From the NCBI RefSeq assembly GCF_009914755.1, contig NC_060925.1: DNA of 64,000 nt; one strand, 5' to 3'. The notes under the pieces are model-generated. The model was given only the letters and a program-made list of their open reading frames with translations. It was not told the DNA's origin and searched no databases. The translations under genes were made by a program, and so were the position numbers. Shown in pieces: positions 1 to 13,150 of this stretch. The first letter of the stretch is position 1; each line of letters opens with the position of its first letter. This stretch comes from the human T2T-CHM13v2.0 reference genome, Homo sapiens.

Positions 1-1074
1 AAGGCAGGAAGGGAGAGCCCATTCAGTGCAGGGCCAGGGAAGGCACTTCTGGGGAGGTGAAGCTGTCAACAAATATGCTTATACAAACTAGGAGAGGATT
101 TGGGGTCAGCAGGGCAGTGGCAAAGTCCTGCCTCAAATGGGGCAAAACATTTCTCACGGCCCAAACATTTCTCATCTGCAATCTTCAGCTTCCTCACTTT
201 ATGCAGTAAGAATAATAATACTTGCCCTGCCTACCTTGCAAAATAGGCCTGCTGTGACCAGCAGCAAAATATCCCATTTTTCTCACCCAATATATTAAGG
301 GGTGGTATTACAGGATTTCTATGATCTCTTCCCGTTCTAATTTGCTAAGATTCTAATGGTATGAAAGAGCTCTGTAAACTCTAATTTGCTGCACAAATGT
401 ATGAGATAATGGTCAGCACAATTGTGACTTTTATCATTATTCCAATGATCCACTTTGGTTCCAGGGTTCAGAGCCCCCAGCATCAAAGCACTCTTCAGCC
501 TCATTTATATTTAAGTGATTTCAAGATCTCATTGAAAATGTAAGTTGAATGGTAATTTCATTCCTAGAGATGTTTTGTTGTCCAAGCCATAATTTAAATG
601 CCCATCCTAAATTCTGCTAATTATCAGCACTAATGAAAGACTGAAATGGCATAGCTAATCCAAAGGCCTATTCTAATTTGGTTTTAGGCTGTATTTCAAG
701 ATTTTTTTTTTAAGCGGCAGATTTGTCTTCCCAATAGTACTGTGGCTAAGTTACTGCTAAAAGGAGCAAGTGCACAGTAGGCAAGAGATGTCAGGTAAGA
801 TGAGGGGGTTACTACACTGCTGTTTAGGGATGAGCTTTGGGGTTCCATCACCCCTCTAAAACTGTAAGAAAATTCATTTACTTTCATTCTAACCTCAAGA
901 AAATGAATTAAACTTGAAACTTTCCAGGTTCCTTTCTAGGTGGAATAGTTGGCTCTTTGATCATCATGACCTGGAACTATCAACAAGGGTATTTGAGCAG
1001 CACAGGAATATAAATTTACCTCGAATAACATATCAGCATGAGCCTGAAGGAGACAAAATTGTATTCAAAACTTG

Positions 1075-1330
1075 CCGAGTGTTTCCTATATACCAGGCAA
1101 GTTGCTGAGAGATAGGAATCCACAGAGGAGCAAACACTTGTCCCTGCCCCTAGAGGCTCACTATCTGCTGTAGGAGACAGATCACTGATAAAGCAAGTCC
1201 ACTAAATTTTCACAGGGGCTAAAACAGAGCTGTGAACAGGATAGAGGGAGGGCCAAAAGAGAGAGGGTGGTTTTATCAGAGTTTAGAAGGCAAGTCTTCA
1301 TGTTAAAGGTGACCCTTGAGCTATAAAAAA
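1075..1330 (-). mobile_element. L2 fragment
   Basis: ataccaggca...tccctgcccctagaggctcactatct...gacccttgagct. Confidence 0.6.
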
Positions 1331-1384
1331 TAAATGGTTGCCAAATATTCATAAGGTAGCTGAAAAGCAGAAACTGGTATTTAG

Positions 1385-1570
1385 TGTCAGGCCCAGTACC
1401 AGATGCTAACTGTGTTTAATTTAATCTCTAAAGCACCCAGTACATTTATCATCCCCGTTGTACAGATGAAATAACTGAGGCACAGTTATGTATACATCAT
1501 CTGTTCAGTAACTCTCCCCATTTCACTCGTCTTGCCAGAGTCAGGAATGAAAACCAATTTTCCCTCAATG
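1385..1570 (-). mobile_element. MIR
   Basis: Core atccccgttgtacagatgaaataactgaggcacag. Confidence 0.7.
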
Positions 1571-3934
1571 AAGCGAACTAGAATGCCTCTTCTCCCCTCT
1601 ACGAGAACCTTCATGATGTTCTCAGTATCTAACCTGCAGCCAACTACCTTCTGCCTGACTCTAACCAACTACACAAAGTCTGAGCCATGTCACTTAGCTC
1701 CACTGGAAATGCCTCCCTTGTCTAGCCCTCTACACGTGGTTTTGGTTCTTTTATTTCTCCAACAAGACTCCAAAGTTCTCCAAGAAAGAAGCCATATGTG
1801 CCCTTGACCCAGCCTTTAACTCTGCCCAGACACCATGCTCCTCCCACAGAAGTAAGAGGTGGGTCCAGCCATCTGTAGGGAAGGTAATAAGAACCAACAT
1901 AAAATTCAAGCCCATTTCCTTCCCAACTGGCAATGGAACAAAAAACCTTCCACCTCTCATTCTAAAGCCCACTGAACATTCATTTCCCTCACTGAAAGTA
2001 AGTCCCAGGCAAGTAATCCCAATAGCTCCTGACTTTCTAAAAAGGGTGGGGCTTTCTTCATCCTGTTTGTAATAACTCGTCCTGTGACCCTGAGTAATTC
2101 AACACAGCCCACTTTTGTTTCATTGTTCTTCTCTTTCAACTCTCCTTCATGCTTGAATTAGGATATTTTCCATCCCAAACCATCAGGCACTGGTAGTGAT
2201 TTCTAAGCACTTCTCTTTAACCTTGCTTTTGTAAAATGCCCACTGTATTCTGGGTAAGAAGAGATTTTTTTGGTGTGTGTGTGTGGCAGGGTCCTTAGCA
2301 CCCACGCTGACTGAGTATCATACATTTAGCCTTTAATTTTCAGACAATAAGTTTCCTCCACTACACTCGAAGCCATATTTATAAAACATGGAAAGCTGTA
2401 GTATCTTTTCTCCAAATAAGTAAGGGAAAAAAAAGGAAGCTCTCTGACGAAGGTCATCGGGATTTTGAAATGTTTGAAAATAATCTCTTTTCCATGAATG
2501 CACAAACTATCATATTTCCCCTGCTATTGAATGACATTTTTCAGGACTGATGATTAACATACAGCCTACCATGTAGGCACCTTCAAGGAAAAAGCAGCCT
2601 GCATTATTCCAGTATCTGTGGAGGAATTTTGCATTAGGTACACATGACAGTGAGAATTTCCCCTCCTAGCGGGGGAAATCAAAATAAAGATCCGGACAGA
2701 AACTAATTATACTCATTGGCAGTTTGTCCAAGGATAGCTACAAAAGAATATCTTTTTATGTGACTAAAATACTGATTGTAGCCTCCTCTTTACCTCAATA
2801 ATTATGTCTGCAGAATCTCACCATCAAGTGGCCATCCTGACATAGACACATTTATTCCTGGGCAAGAAATGAGAAGTACAAACTACTTCATTTCTATAGC
2901 AGTAAAGCATTGCAATTGGCACAGATATTTATAAATAGATTTGATTTCTCAAATGGCCACATTGCCAATAGCCCAGGGTTCTTCCTACTAGCCCATGCTG
3001 GCACATCATCCTGAAAAGTTGCTCTGATCAACTATCCTTAATAGAGAATGTACCACATGCTGAGCTCTGTGATAAGTTAAATATGTACCAAGTCATTTCA
3101 TCTTCAAGTGATTTATAATGCAGACACAATTTTTATCCTCATTTTTTGTTCTTTTTAAAAATGAGGACACTGATACAAAGAATTTGAAGTATTGGCCTTA
3201 GATCCCACCAGCTTTTACGTGGTGTAGCTAGGATTTGAACACATACCTGTTTGATTCCTTTTCTGTCTACTACTCCTTTACTTACCAATATCATCTACCA
3301 ACAAGAATTGACCACCCTAGTAGGTTCAAAGCTGTGTAGTAACAAACCATATGCTAATGCTTGCATGTTCATGGTAAATGTTTAGTGACAGGAGATCAGG
3401 AAAAGCATATCCTGCTCCCACTTGGCCCCGACTGCTGAATGGAATGAGCTCCCTCTGTATTTAGATCAACTTTGCTGGGCGCTACTCAGGGAGAGAAGCA
3501 ATAATTACAAGTTCCTGACTGGCTGACCCAATCAAAAGCATGCCCATACCTCTGACTGGCACCAAAAAGGGACAAAGAGCTTGAGAATGAAAGAGAAGTA
3601 AATGCCAATTTCCAGTTGGCTTCACACAAAGTCACAACAGCTGGCTTCAAGTGTCTTCAAAAAAAAAATAGCTATTCAAGTCACATGCCCAAACACTAAG
3701 ATAAAATGAATGTCTGCTTAATGAAAGACTACAGTGAACTTTGCTAACCACAGCCTGTGCGTTTGTAAGATGAGTCTATATATCTGGCTCATACAGAATT
3801 TACCAGAGATATACTGAGCACGCAGTGTTAGGAGCTACAAATTTAGAAATAAATAAGAAGAGGCCCCTGACCTCAAAGGGTTCGAATGAAACAGAAGAGA
3901 GAGACACATTGAGGTAGTCACACCAGCAACTCAC

Positions 3935-4165
3935 TTCTTACATACTAGCCATGGGCTGGGCACTGTGCCACTTGTTTCATGTCCATTATCCACTTAATGT
4001 TATGAAGAGATGCACTATTATCTGCAGTCTACAAATGAGAAAATTGTGGTTCAAATCATTGAGTCACTTGTTCAAGTTTCAAAAACTAGGGAGTGACAGA
4101 ACTGGAACTCAAATCTAGGTTTTGCAGACTCCAAAGACTTGATCTTTAAACACTATGCTATACTG
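3935..4165 (-). mobile_element. MIR (inserted in an L2)
   Basis: acaaatgagaaaattgtggttca...gaactggaactcaaatctagg...gactccaaag. Confidence 0.7.
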
Positions 4166-5094
4166 GTTCCCTGCTCAGAAATAAATCTACCACATTTCAG
4201 CACTGTAAGGACAACACAGAAGTAGGCACAAGTCCAAGAGGAGACACCAAAAAGAACGGAAGTCATTTGGGGGTATGAAGGAAAGGCATGTCTTCGACCT
4301 TCACAGGGCTGTATCAGGTTTTGAAACACACATGTAAGTTCATCAAGGAAACAAAGGAGGGGAGTTGAACATTCAAGTCAGGAAGAACTCAGAATTCCAG
4401 AGGCACAAACGAGCACAGCCCACTAAGACCCACTAAGAATTGCTGCAAGCAATTCTGTACAGTAATTGTATAAGGTGATATTAAGGATAGGGATAACAAG
4501 TTGGTTGCAGATGTAGGCAGGGAAGGGACTAAAGGGTAATACACATAGGGTTGTGTGTGTGTGTGAACATTACACACACAAGCATGCATGCATGTGCGCA
4601 TACACATCTTTCATGTGATTTTTCCAGAGCAGGGTGGACCCCTGGTGTGAGTGAAAGCAAGCAGAACTCAGCTAAGGCCATCATTGACTTTCATGGGGCC
4701 AATCAGTTGCAAACATCCCAGTCTCCTGACAATGAATTTGGATAAAACACCCACACATGTTTATTTGTCATTTCTCCCTGCTCAGAAATAACTACCCAAC
4801 TACTTAGCATGTAAAATGTGGTGTGTTTTGCACCTGTCATTTTCTAGGAGGCCTAGCTATAGTCAGAAAGAAAATGAAGCAAAGTAGAGAAACAATCAAA
4901 ACTAAATGCAAAACATGAATACCTATAATCCCTTTACATGAAAGAAAAACATTAGATGTGAACCCCCAAAATGACTGCATTTCCAAATCAAAGAAGGAAG
5001 AAAACATATACCTGGCTGACTTTGTTCCATCCAACAAGACACAAGCATGACAAGATGGAAAAAGGATCAGAAGAAGTGTCAAGAGTATTATGAA

Positions 5095-5290
5095 TGAGAC
5101 TCCATTAAGCTGCTGAGTCACTATATGACTTGGAGTACACCATTTAATCCTTCTAAGCCTCAGTTTATCATCTGGAAATGGGTACAAGAATATACCTAAT
5201 GCCATGTTTCTGATAATGATTAAATTGAAAAATGCATATAAAGTACTTAAGTACAGTAGATGACAAATAGTACTTACAGCAACTTGAAAA
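5095..5290 (+). mobile_element. MIR
   Basis: aagcctcagtttatcatctggaaatggg. Confidence 0.7.
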
Positions 5291-5409
5291 TTTGTTCATA
5301 TAATCTAAAACTACTTTTACCCAAAATATGTTTTTTAAATGTTGGACGAATTTTGGCTTGAAGAGGTATACCTAAGTTCAAAAGCTTGCATATTTCTAAT
5401 GCTACCAAC

Positions 5410-5610
5410 AGCAGCTCTAGTTTACTGAGCACTTGCTATAATTCCTTGTATTGACTTCACAACCACTCTATGGCATAAGTACTATTATCACCTCCATTTT
5501 ACAGACCAAGAAACCAAGGCATAGAAATTTAAAAATTTGTCTAAAGATACACAGAAAGAAACTGAAGGAGTAAGATTTGAACCCACACATTCTAGTAATT
5601 TGGAACATTT
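5410..5610 (-). mobile_element. MIR
   Basis: ctattatcacctccattttacagaccaagaaaccaaggca. Confidence 0.7.
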
Positions 5611-5646
5611 CCTGAAGAATATTTTTAGAATTAATTTCTCCTAGGG

Positions 5647-6027
5647 TATGACATTTAATTTTTGGTGTCAATTTGGAGGGTGTTTTTGGATGAGATTGAC
5701 ATTTGAATCAGTAGATTTTGAATAAAGTTGATTACCCTCAATCAATAATAATTGATGATTATTTGTGGGTGAGCTTCCTCAAATAAGATGAAGGCCTGAA
5801 CAGAACAAATAGACCAGCAGCCCCAAACAAGAGAGAATCAAACAAGAGAGAACAGTCCAAGAGACCGCCTTTAGAATTCATCCGCACTGTTGGCTCTCCT
5901 GAGTTTCAAGGCTGCTGGCCTAAGCTGCAGGTTTTGGACTTGCCAGACTCTGTAATCATATGAGCCAATTCCTTATAATAAATATTTTTCCATGTATACA
6001 TATTTTCCATATATATATATTTTTTTC

Positions 6028-6064
<37 letters not shown>

Positions 6065-6104
6065 CCTATTGGTTCTGTATCTCTTGAGAAACCTGACTAA
6101 TACA
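5647..6104 (+). mobile_element. MLT2D-like ERVL solo LTR
   Basis: gtgtttttggatgagattgacatttgaatcagtag, internal (CA)n and terminal cctattggttctgtatctcttgagaaacctgactaataca. Confidence 0.8.
6031..6063. repeat. (AC)16 microsatellite
   Basis: Read directly. Confidence 0.95.
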
Positions 6105-8231
6105 TAGCACTTTTCAGTTTTGTCTTCCACCAACTTTCATTATCTTTTCAACTCAATTTATTCAGCAGATATTCACTGAGTGCTCCACATGACCCAGACA
6201 CCATGCTAGACCTGATTACACGGTTGAGATACTCTCTCTGTCCTCAAGGAGGATATGGCTGTTCCGTCCTATTCTGCCTATGGTTTTCCATTCCTTGTTA
6301 GTCCATCCACCTCCTTTCTGGATTACGAGATCCTTGAGATGAATGGCAAGTCTTTTGTACAACATCAAGTACAGAGCTTCCAATAGACAACAGAGTAAAT
6401 GCCCATCAATGTTGGTGAAATAAATATCATTTGTGCTTGCCACAGCTTCGATTTTTGTCGTTTGCTGAGTATGTGCAAGGTCACATGCTGGACCTCAGCA
6501 TTCACTGCTATCTCATTTTGTCTCAATTTTAAGCAACAGAAGAAAGGGAGATGCCAGGAAGTTAGGTAGCCTGCCTGAGGTCATACTGAGTTATTCACGC
6601 TTAGGTCTGCCTGAGTCTAAAGCTGGTGGACTTCTCCACGTTGCTTTTGCTACAGCTCCCTGCTCCTCCCCCTTCCACACTGTGAATAACAGATGAGGCC
6701 TGGGATGGATGAGTGTCCCCAGAGCCCCAGGGCCTTCAGCCAAACTTCATACACATACAACTTCATAGCTTGCATGAGGCGAAGTATAAAAATGAAGGCA
6801 GCCGGATGTTATCTATAAACACCTCAAAGCTTCTTTTCCTTTCACTTAAAAATTCTCTAGTAATTGTTTTTACTGCAGTTAATCATAAAAATGAATCACC
6901 TCAAATTTTTGAAAGGAATTCTCCTTCAAAACCTGTCAACTTTGTGCCATGAATTCATTTATTATGAGACCACATGATGCCTCCAAGTACTGCATTTTAT
7001 TTAAACGTGACATTTTTTCACTCTGTTTTGATTTCACATCTGAAAATCGCTTCTATCAAACTTTCATTGGAGCCAAACATAACTATTTTGCTCACTGAAA
7101 CATTACATACAGACTCAGGGTCCTAGAATCAAATTAAAAAATAAAAATAAAGTAGTATCTGGCTGACATTCCTAGCATCATATCCAGAGAGACCACAGAT
7201 TTGAGAGCTGCCTTGAACCTACTTCCAAGATAAAAATCAATCAATCCTAATCCTTTTGGACCTTAGATCACTTCAAAAATCTAAAGACTTTATGTGGGTT
7301 GACTTTTCTTTTTGTGATTCAATTTTGGAAATTGTTTACTATTCTGATTTGAAAGTAGTATGACATCTTCAATGAAATTGCCAGACTCAGTTAGGGAATT
7401 GATCATGATCAATGATTTTCCACATCAGTTGCTGTTGGGTTGAGGGTGGGGGGTTAGGATGTACGCTATACACTTACATTCCCCACAATGCATCATTCTC
7501 TTTCTAAACAGTGGCAGCAAACAGGCACATCCAATATTGTACTACTTTCTTCTTTCATTCATGATAGTGTTCCACATGGGTCCTGAGAGTCTGAAAAAGG
7601 AAGCACTCTCTAGTTCTGTAGATGAAGGGAACCCTGAGCAATCCATCATGCTTTGTCTGCTAATGTTAGACTCATGCATAAGAGCTACCATAACTGGAGA
7701 CAGGCAGCAGGCATGAAAAGGAGTGAATCAACTGTCAATGGTTGGGATCTGAAGGACTGCAAGCTGTGATTAAAATATTCCATCAGGACTTCCAGGATTT
7801 ATCATGCTACTGGGAAAAGGGGTGCCATGAGAGAAATGTGTACAGGCATTTTCCTCCATCAGCCCTGTCTTCTCCATGATTAGCAGAGTGAATTCCTAAG
7901 GGCCACCCAAAACTGAATGTCTTCTTGGCCCAAAGACAGAAACTTTAGAAGATCTCCTAAAGTGAGGTAGAGGCACACCAGGATGAAACAACTACACGTT
8001 CTTTTGCATGATGCTTAAATTAATGTCTCTAAGATACAATCTTGGTCAAAAACCTTTGATTTCTTCCTTCCCTCTTTCCCTCTTCCTTCTCTTTTTTCCT
8101 TTTCCCTTAGTTGTTTCATTCCTTTCTCCCTTCTTTTTCTTCCTAATTTCCTTCCTTCTTTATTAAATTCCTTTCCTTCCTGGCATACATTTTTTTTTCC
8201 ATCCTTGGTTCTTACCTACCTACTTATCTAT

Positions 8232-8325
8232 CTTCCTTCCTTCCTTCCATCCTCCCTTCCTTCCTTCCTTCCCTTCCTTCCTTCGTTCCTTCCTTCCTTC
8301 CTTCCGTCCTTCCGTCCTTCCTTCC
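8232..8325. repeat. (CCTT)n imperfect tetranucleotide repeat
   Basis: Read directly; ends a pyrimidine-rich stretch starting near 8060. Confidence 0.9.
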
Positions 8326-8760
8326 ACATTTATTAAGCACTTAGAGAGAAAATAATTCCCAGGTTGAAAAAGTCACAGTCTACTGGTAGAGGGTCACCTA
8401 ACAGAGACAACCTTAATATAGTGTGAGATAAACACTAGTGCTATGGGGATAGAGTGGAGTTGGGGGTGGGGCATGAGTGTGAACAATGTTTAGAAAAGCT
8501 TCCTAGATGGTGAGAGTGGGTCACCAGCACAGGAAACAGCAGAGGCAAAAACATAAAGGCAAAAGATCGTGGTATTTCGTGGTATTTCATGGTATTTTCA
8601 AGAAAATGTAGGCAGGCCCGTGGACCTGAAGTATACTTTATTGGGAGTCATATGAAATGGGTCTGAAGAGGTAAACTGTTATGAAAAGCTTTGTACATAA
8701 GAATTTTATGAAGGCAATGGAGAGAAATAATAGGCTTTAAGCAGAAGTGGTAGTGGTAAC
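8326..8760 (-). mobile_element. L2 fragment
   Basis: acatttattaagcactt...aggaaacagcagaggcaaaa...aggcaatggag...ggctttaagcag. Confidence 0.6.
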
Positions 8761-8829
8761 TAGCTTTTTTGTTAAACCTCAATAAACACACACACACACA
8801 CACACAAAATGTCCTCTAAGCATGCTATT

Positions 8830-9054
8830 TTAAATTGCAACCTAATTCACTAGTTTTTCCTCTTCCCTACTTTATTCTTCTGTCGCCCTTATCACATTTA
8901 GTTCCAGATTTCCTTATTAATTTTATTTATTGTCTATTTGCCTCCACTGAAACATAAGCTCCATGAAAGCAGAGATTTGGAGTTTGTTCAGTGCTATATT
9001 CCTTGCACCTAGAGCAGTGTTTAGCACATAGTAGTCAGTGAATGTTGTTGAGTG
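8830..9054 (+). mobile_element. L2a 3' end
   Basis: taagctccatgaaagcagagatt...cctagagcagtgtttagcacatagtag...aatgttgttga. Confidence 0.75.
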
Positions 9055-9764
9055 CTAAGACAGTAAAACTCAATTTCACTGCTTTTGCTACAGCTCCCTG
9101 ATCCTTTTCAAAGACAGTAAAACTCAATTACCTCAACATTTTATTGGAAGAAAAGCCCTTGCCTTTAAAGTGGACACATGACTTAAACTTGCTCAGTTCA
9201 ATCCTCTGATCTGTAGCATGCAGGTAAAATACCTATTATAAGAGTAATTACAATAAAAAGTTATGTCAAGAACTTAGAATAGCAACTGACATATAGAGCA
9301 AGTCCTCAATAAACTTCAACTGTTGTTTTATGCTTTTGATGATATCACATTTATTTCCACTCCTTGGGAAGCTCCTGAGGACAAGAACTGGGTCTTGGTC
9401 ATCCAGCACATATCAGGGGCACAACAAATGGCTTCTCTCATGGAATCTGGTCCAACAATCTGACATGCTCTCTCATCAGTTCAGAAAATAAATAATCTCC
9501 CTAGGATATTTCTAAGTATTGCAATAAACTCCATTCAGACAGAAAAAAGTCTTGAAAATATAATGTGCTTTTCAAACGATGCAGTTTGTAGGAACAAAGC
9601 TCAGCTGTGGCCAAATGAAGGTCCTAAAGCCATGTGTCCTTACTTCTTTGGGGGACTGATACCATCCTACAGCTACCACAGCAACTTATAATACTGCTTG
9701 GAAATTAACTGCCTCTCGCAATAGACCACATGCATCTTAAGAGAAGAAAGCCACCACCGGAGAA

Positions 9765-9990
9765 GCAGTACTGGGTAGTGGTTAACAGCTTGTGATGTGC
9801 CACTCTGCCACTTTTAAGCCATGTGGCTTTAAGAGACTTACTTTAATCCCTTTGTGCTTCAACTATACATTGGAAACAATAATGACCCTATCCTATAGGG
9901 TCACTGCATGGATTAACTAAGTTTATCCTGTGAAGTCATTAGAACAGTGCCTGGCACACAGTACACGTTCAACACATGTTATATTTTATC
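9765..9990 (+). mobile_element. MIR
   Basis: gtagtggttaa...ctctgccactt...ttagaacagtgcctggcacacagta. Confidence 0.75.
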
Positions 9991-10344
9991 ACCAATACAC
10001 TCTAGCACATAATAGGTGTCCAAACAATGATTACTGAATTGACAATTTAACATAAACACATCAGAATTTCCTCTCGTTTGATCACTGAAAATGACAGGAA
10101 AGGAGTTTGCTTATACTCAACCCCTATTCCTGCTCAGAGAAATGTAAAAAAAATAATACTGACAACAACTGAAAAGGCTCTGTCCCTTCCTGGTTATATG
10201 ATCTGATGCATAACCTTTAACTGTAGAACCTCAATTTCTTCACCTGTAAAACTCACCTATCTCCCAGGGTTGCTCTGTGGCTTGACAAAATAATATCTGG
10301 TCTGGTGCTTTACCAACCCCATAGTACTATAAAATATAAGTGGT

Positions 10345-11350
10345 TTCTTCAATTTCTTTTATCACTGATTTATGGTTTTCATTGTAGAGATCTTCACCTT
10401 CTTCCTTTTTTTTTTTTTTTTTTTTGGTAGCTATTGTAAACGGGATTGTTTTCTTTGTTTCTTTTTCAGATAGTTCACTATTAGCATGTGAATTTGTCAT
10501 GCTGCTACGAAGAAATACCTGAGAGTGGGTAATTTAGGAAGAAAAGAGGTTTAATTGACTCAGTTCTGCATGGCTGAGAAGGCCTCAGGAAACTTACAAT
10601 CATGGTGAAAGAGGAAGCAAACACATCCTTCTCACGTGGCGGCAGGAGAGAGAAATGCCAAGCAAAAGGGGGAAATCCCCTTATAAAACCATCTCATGAG
10701 AACTCACTCACTATCATGAGAGTACTGCATGGGGGTAACCATCCCCATGATTCAATTACCTCCCACCAGATCCCTCCCCTAACACATGGGGATTACGGGA
10801 ACTACAATTCAAGATAAGATTTGGGTGGAGACACAGGCAAACCGTATTAGCACGGAAAAACACTATTGATTTTCATATGTTGATTTTGTATCCTGCAACT
10901 CTACTGAAATTGTTTATTAGCTCTAACAGTTTTTTGGTAGAGTCTTTAGGGTTTTCTATATATAAGATCATGTCATTTGCAAAGAGGGACAATTTAACTT
11001 CTTCCTTTTTACTTTGAATGCCTTTTCTTTCTTTCTCTTCACTAATTGCTCTGGCTGGGACTTCTAGCACTATGCTGAACAGAAGTGGTGAAAGTGGGCA
11101 TTCTTGTCTTGTTCCAAATCTTGGGGAAACAATTTCAACTTTTCCTCATTTATTATTATATTAGTTGTGGGTCCTTCTTATATGGCCTTTATTGTGTTGA
11201 GGTATATTTCTTCCATACCTAATTTGTTGAGAGCTTTTATTATAAAGAGATGTTACATTTTGTCAAATGCTTTTTGTGCATCTATTGAAATGATCATAAG
11301 GTTTTTGTCTTCATTCTGTTACAGTGGTGTATCACATTTATTGTTTTGTG
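10345..11350 (-). mobile_element. L1MA-family element, inverted 5' segment (ORF2 RT region), interrupted by THE1C
   Basis: ORF 10873-11070 encodes LEVPARAI...[22 protein letters not shown], the L1 ORF2 RT core with FADD decayed to FAND. Confidence 0.9.
10489..10849 (-). mobile_element. THE1C-like MaLR solo LTR nested in the L1
   Basis: THE1 hallmarks ggcctcaggaaacttacaatcatgg and ccccatgattcaattacctcccacc; 5-bp TSD GCATG (10484-10488) / GCACG (10850-10854). Confidence 0.9.
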
Positions 11351-13150
11351 TGATGAAAAGAATAAAGAATTGAAGACACAAATAAATGAAAAGACATCCC
11401 ATGTTTAAGGACTGGAAGAATAAATGTTGTTAAAATGACCATACTATCCAAAGCAGTCTACAGATTCAATGTAACCCTTACTGGAAACATTCTTCACAGA
11501 AATAGAAAAAAAAAATCTTAAAATTCTTATGGAACCACAAAAGAGCCCAAATAGCCAAAACAATCTTGAGTTAAAAGAACAAAACTGGAGGCATCACACT
11601 ACCTGACTTCAAAATATACTACAAAGCTACAGTAACCAAAACAGCATGGTACTGGCATAAAAACAGACACATAGACCAATAGAACAGAATAGAGAGCTCA
11701 GAAATAAATCCATGCATTTATAGCCAACTTCTTTTCAACAAAGAAGCCAAGAACACACAGTCTCTTCAATAAATGGTGTTGGGAAAACTGGATATCCTCA
11801 TGCAGAAAAATAAAATTTACTTCTCACCATATACAAAAATAAACAGATTAAGGATTTAAATATATTAATCAAAACTACAAAACTACTAGAAGAAAATATA
11901 TAAGAAAAGCTCCATGACACTGGATTCGGCAAGGACTTTTTGGATAAGATCTCAAGAGCATAGGTAACGAATAGACAAATGAGATTACATCAATCTAAAA
12001 AGCTGCTGCACAGCAAACAAACCAATCAACAGAGTGAAGAGACTACCCACAGAATGAGAGAACATATTTACAAACTATATATCTGATAAGAGGTTAATAT
12101 CCAAAATATATAGGGAACTCAAACAACTCAATAGCAAAAACAGAAAAACTGACTAACAAATTGTTAAAAGACTGAATAAACATCTCTCAAAAGAAGATAC
12201 ACAAATGGCTAACAGGTATATGAAAAAAATGCTCAATATCACTAATCATCAGTGAAATGCAAATCAAAACCACAATAAGATATCCCCCTACCCCAGTTAG
12301 AATGTCTGCTATCAAAAATAAAAATAAGAAGTATTGGCAAGGATATAGAGAAATGGCAACCCCTATACACAGGTGATGGAAATGTAGATTAGTACAGCCA
12401 TTGTGGAAAACAGTATGGGGGTTCCTTAAAAACTTAAAAATAGAACTACCATATGATCCAGCAATCTCACCACTGGAATTATATGCAAAGGAAATGAAAT
12501 CAGTATGTTGAAGAGATATCCACACACCCATGTTTATAGCAATACATTTATAATAGCCAAGATACGGAGACAACCTAAGTGTCCATCAAGGATAAATAAA
12601 TAAAGAAAATGTGGTATATACACAATGTAATACTATTCAGCCATAAAAAAGAATGAAATCCTGCCATTTGTGACAAGATGGATTGACCTGCAGGACATCA
12701 TGTTAAGTGAAATAAGCCAGGCACAGAAAGACAAATATTATATCCCCTCACTAACATGTGGAATCTAAAAGAGTTGATCTCATAGAAGTAGAGAGTAGAA
12801 TGGTGGCTACCAGAGGCTGGTGTGCTTGGGAGTGGGGGAAGGATGGGGCAATATTGGTCAAATTATACATAATCACAGTTAGATAGGAGGAACAAATGTT
12901 AAGAGATCCACTATACAGCAAGGTGACTATAGTTAATAACAATAAATTGTATTCTTGAAAAATGCAGAGTTGATATTATGCACTCTCACCAAGTATGCAA
13001 GGTAATGCATTTGTTCATTAGCTAGACTTAACAATTTCACAATGTGTATACACTTCATAACAACATGCAGTACGTGATTAAAATACGCAATGTTAGCTGT
13101 CAATTTTAAACTAATTAATTAATTAAAATTTGAAAAAAAAATTTAAACTC
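11351..13150 (+). mobile_element. L1MA5/6-like element, non-inverted 3' segment (ORF2 C-terminus, 3'UTR, A tail)
   Basis: Typical L1 ORF2 3' sequence (aaaacagcatggtactggcataaaaacagacacatagacc), L1MA-type 3'UTR and A-rich end; degenerate TSD aaaatataagtggt (10331-10344) / aaaagtactaggtggt (13153-13168). Confidence 0.9.

Noticed and set aside
7437-7458. G-rich tract as a possible G-quadruplex
   Set aside because: Lacks four separated G3 runs.
8568-8598. 10-bp unit repeated three times (cgtggtattt); similar short tandem duplications at ~142-176 and ~5824-5853
   Set aside because: Ordinary replication-slippage duplications with no spacers; not CRISPR-like.
10873-11070. Reverse-transcriptase-like ORF
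   Set aside because: A decayed L1 ORF2 fragment (FADD to FAND, disrupted flanks), not a retron or a novel RT system.
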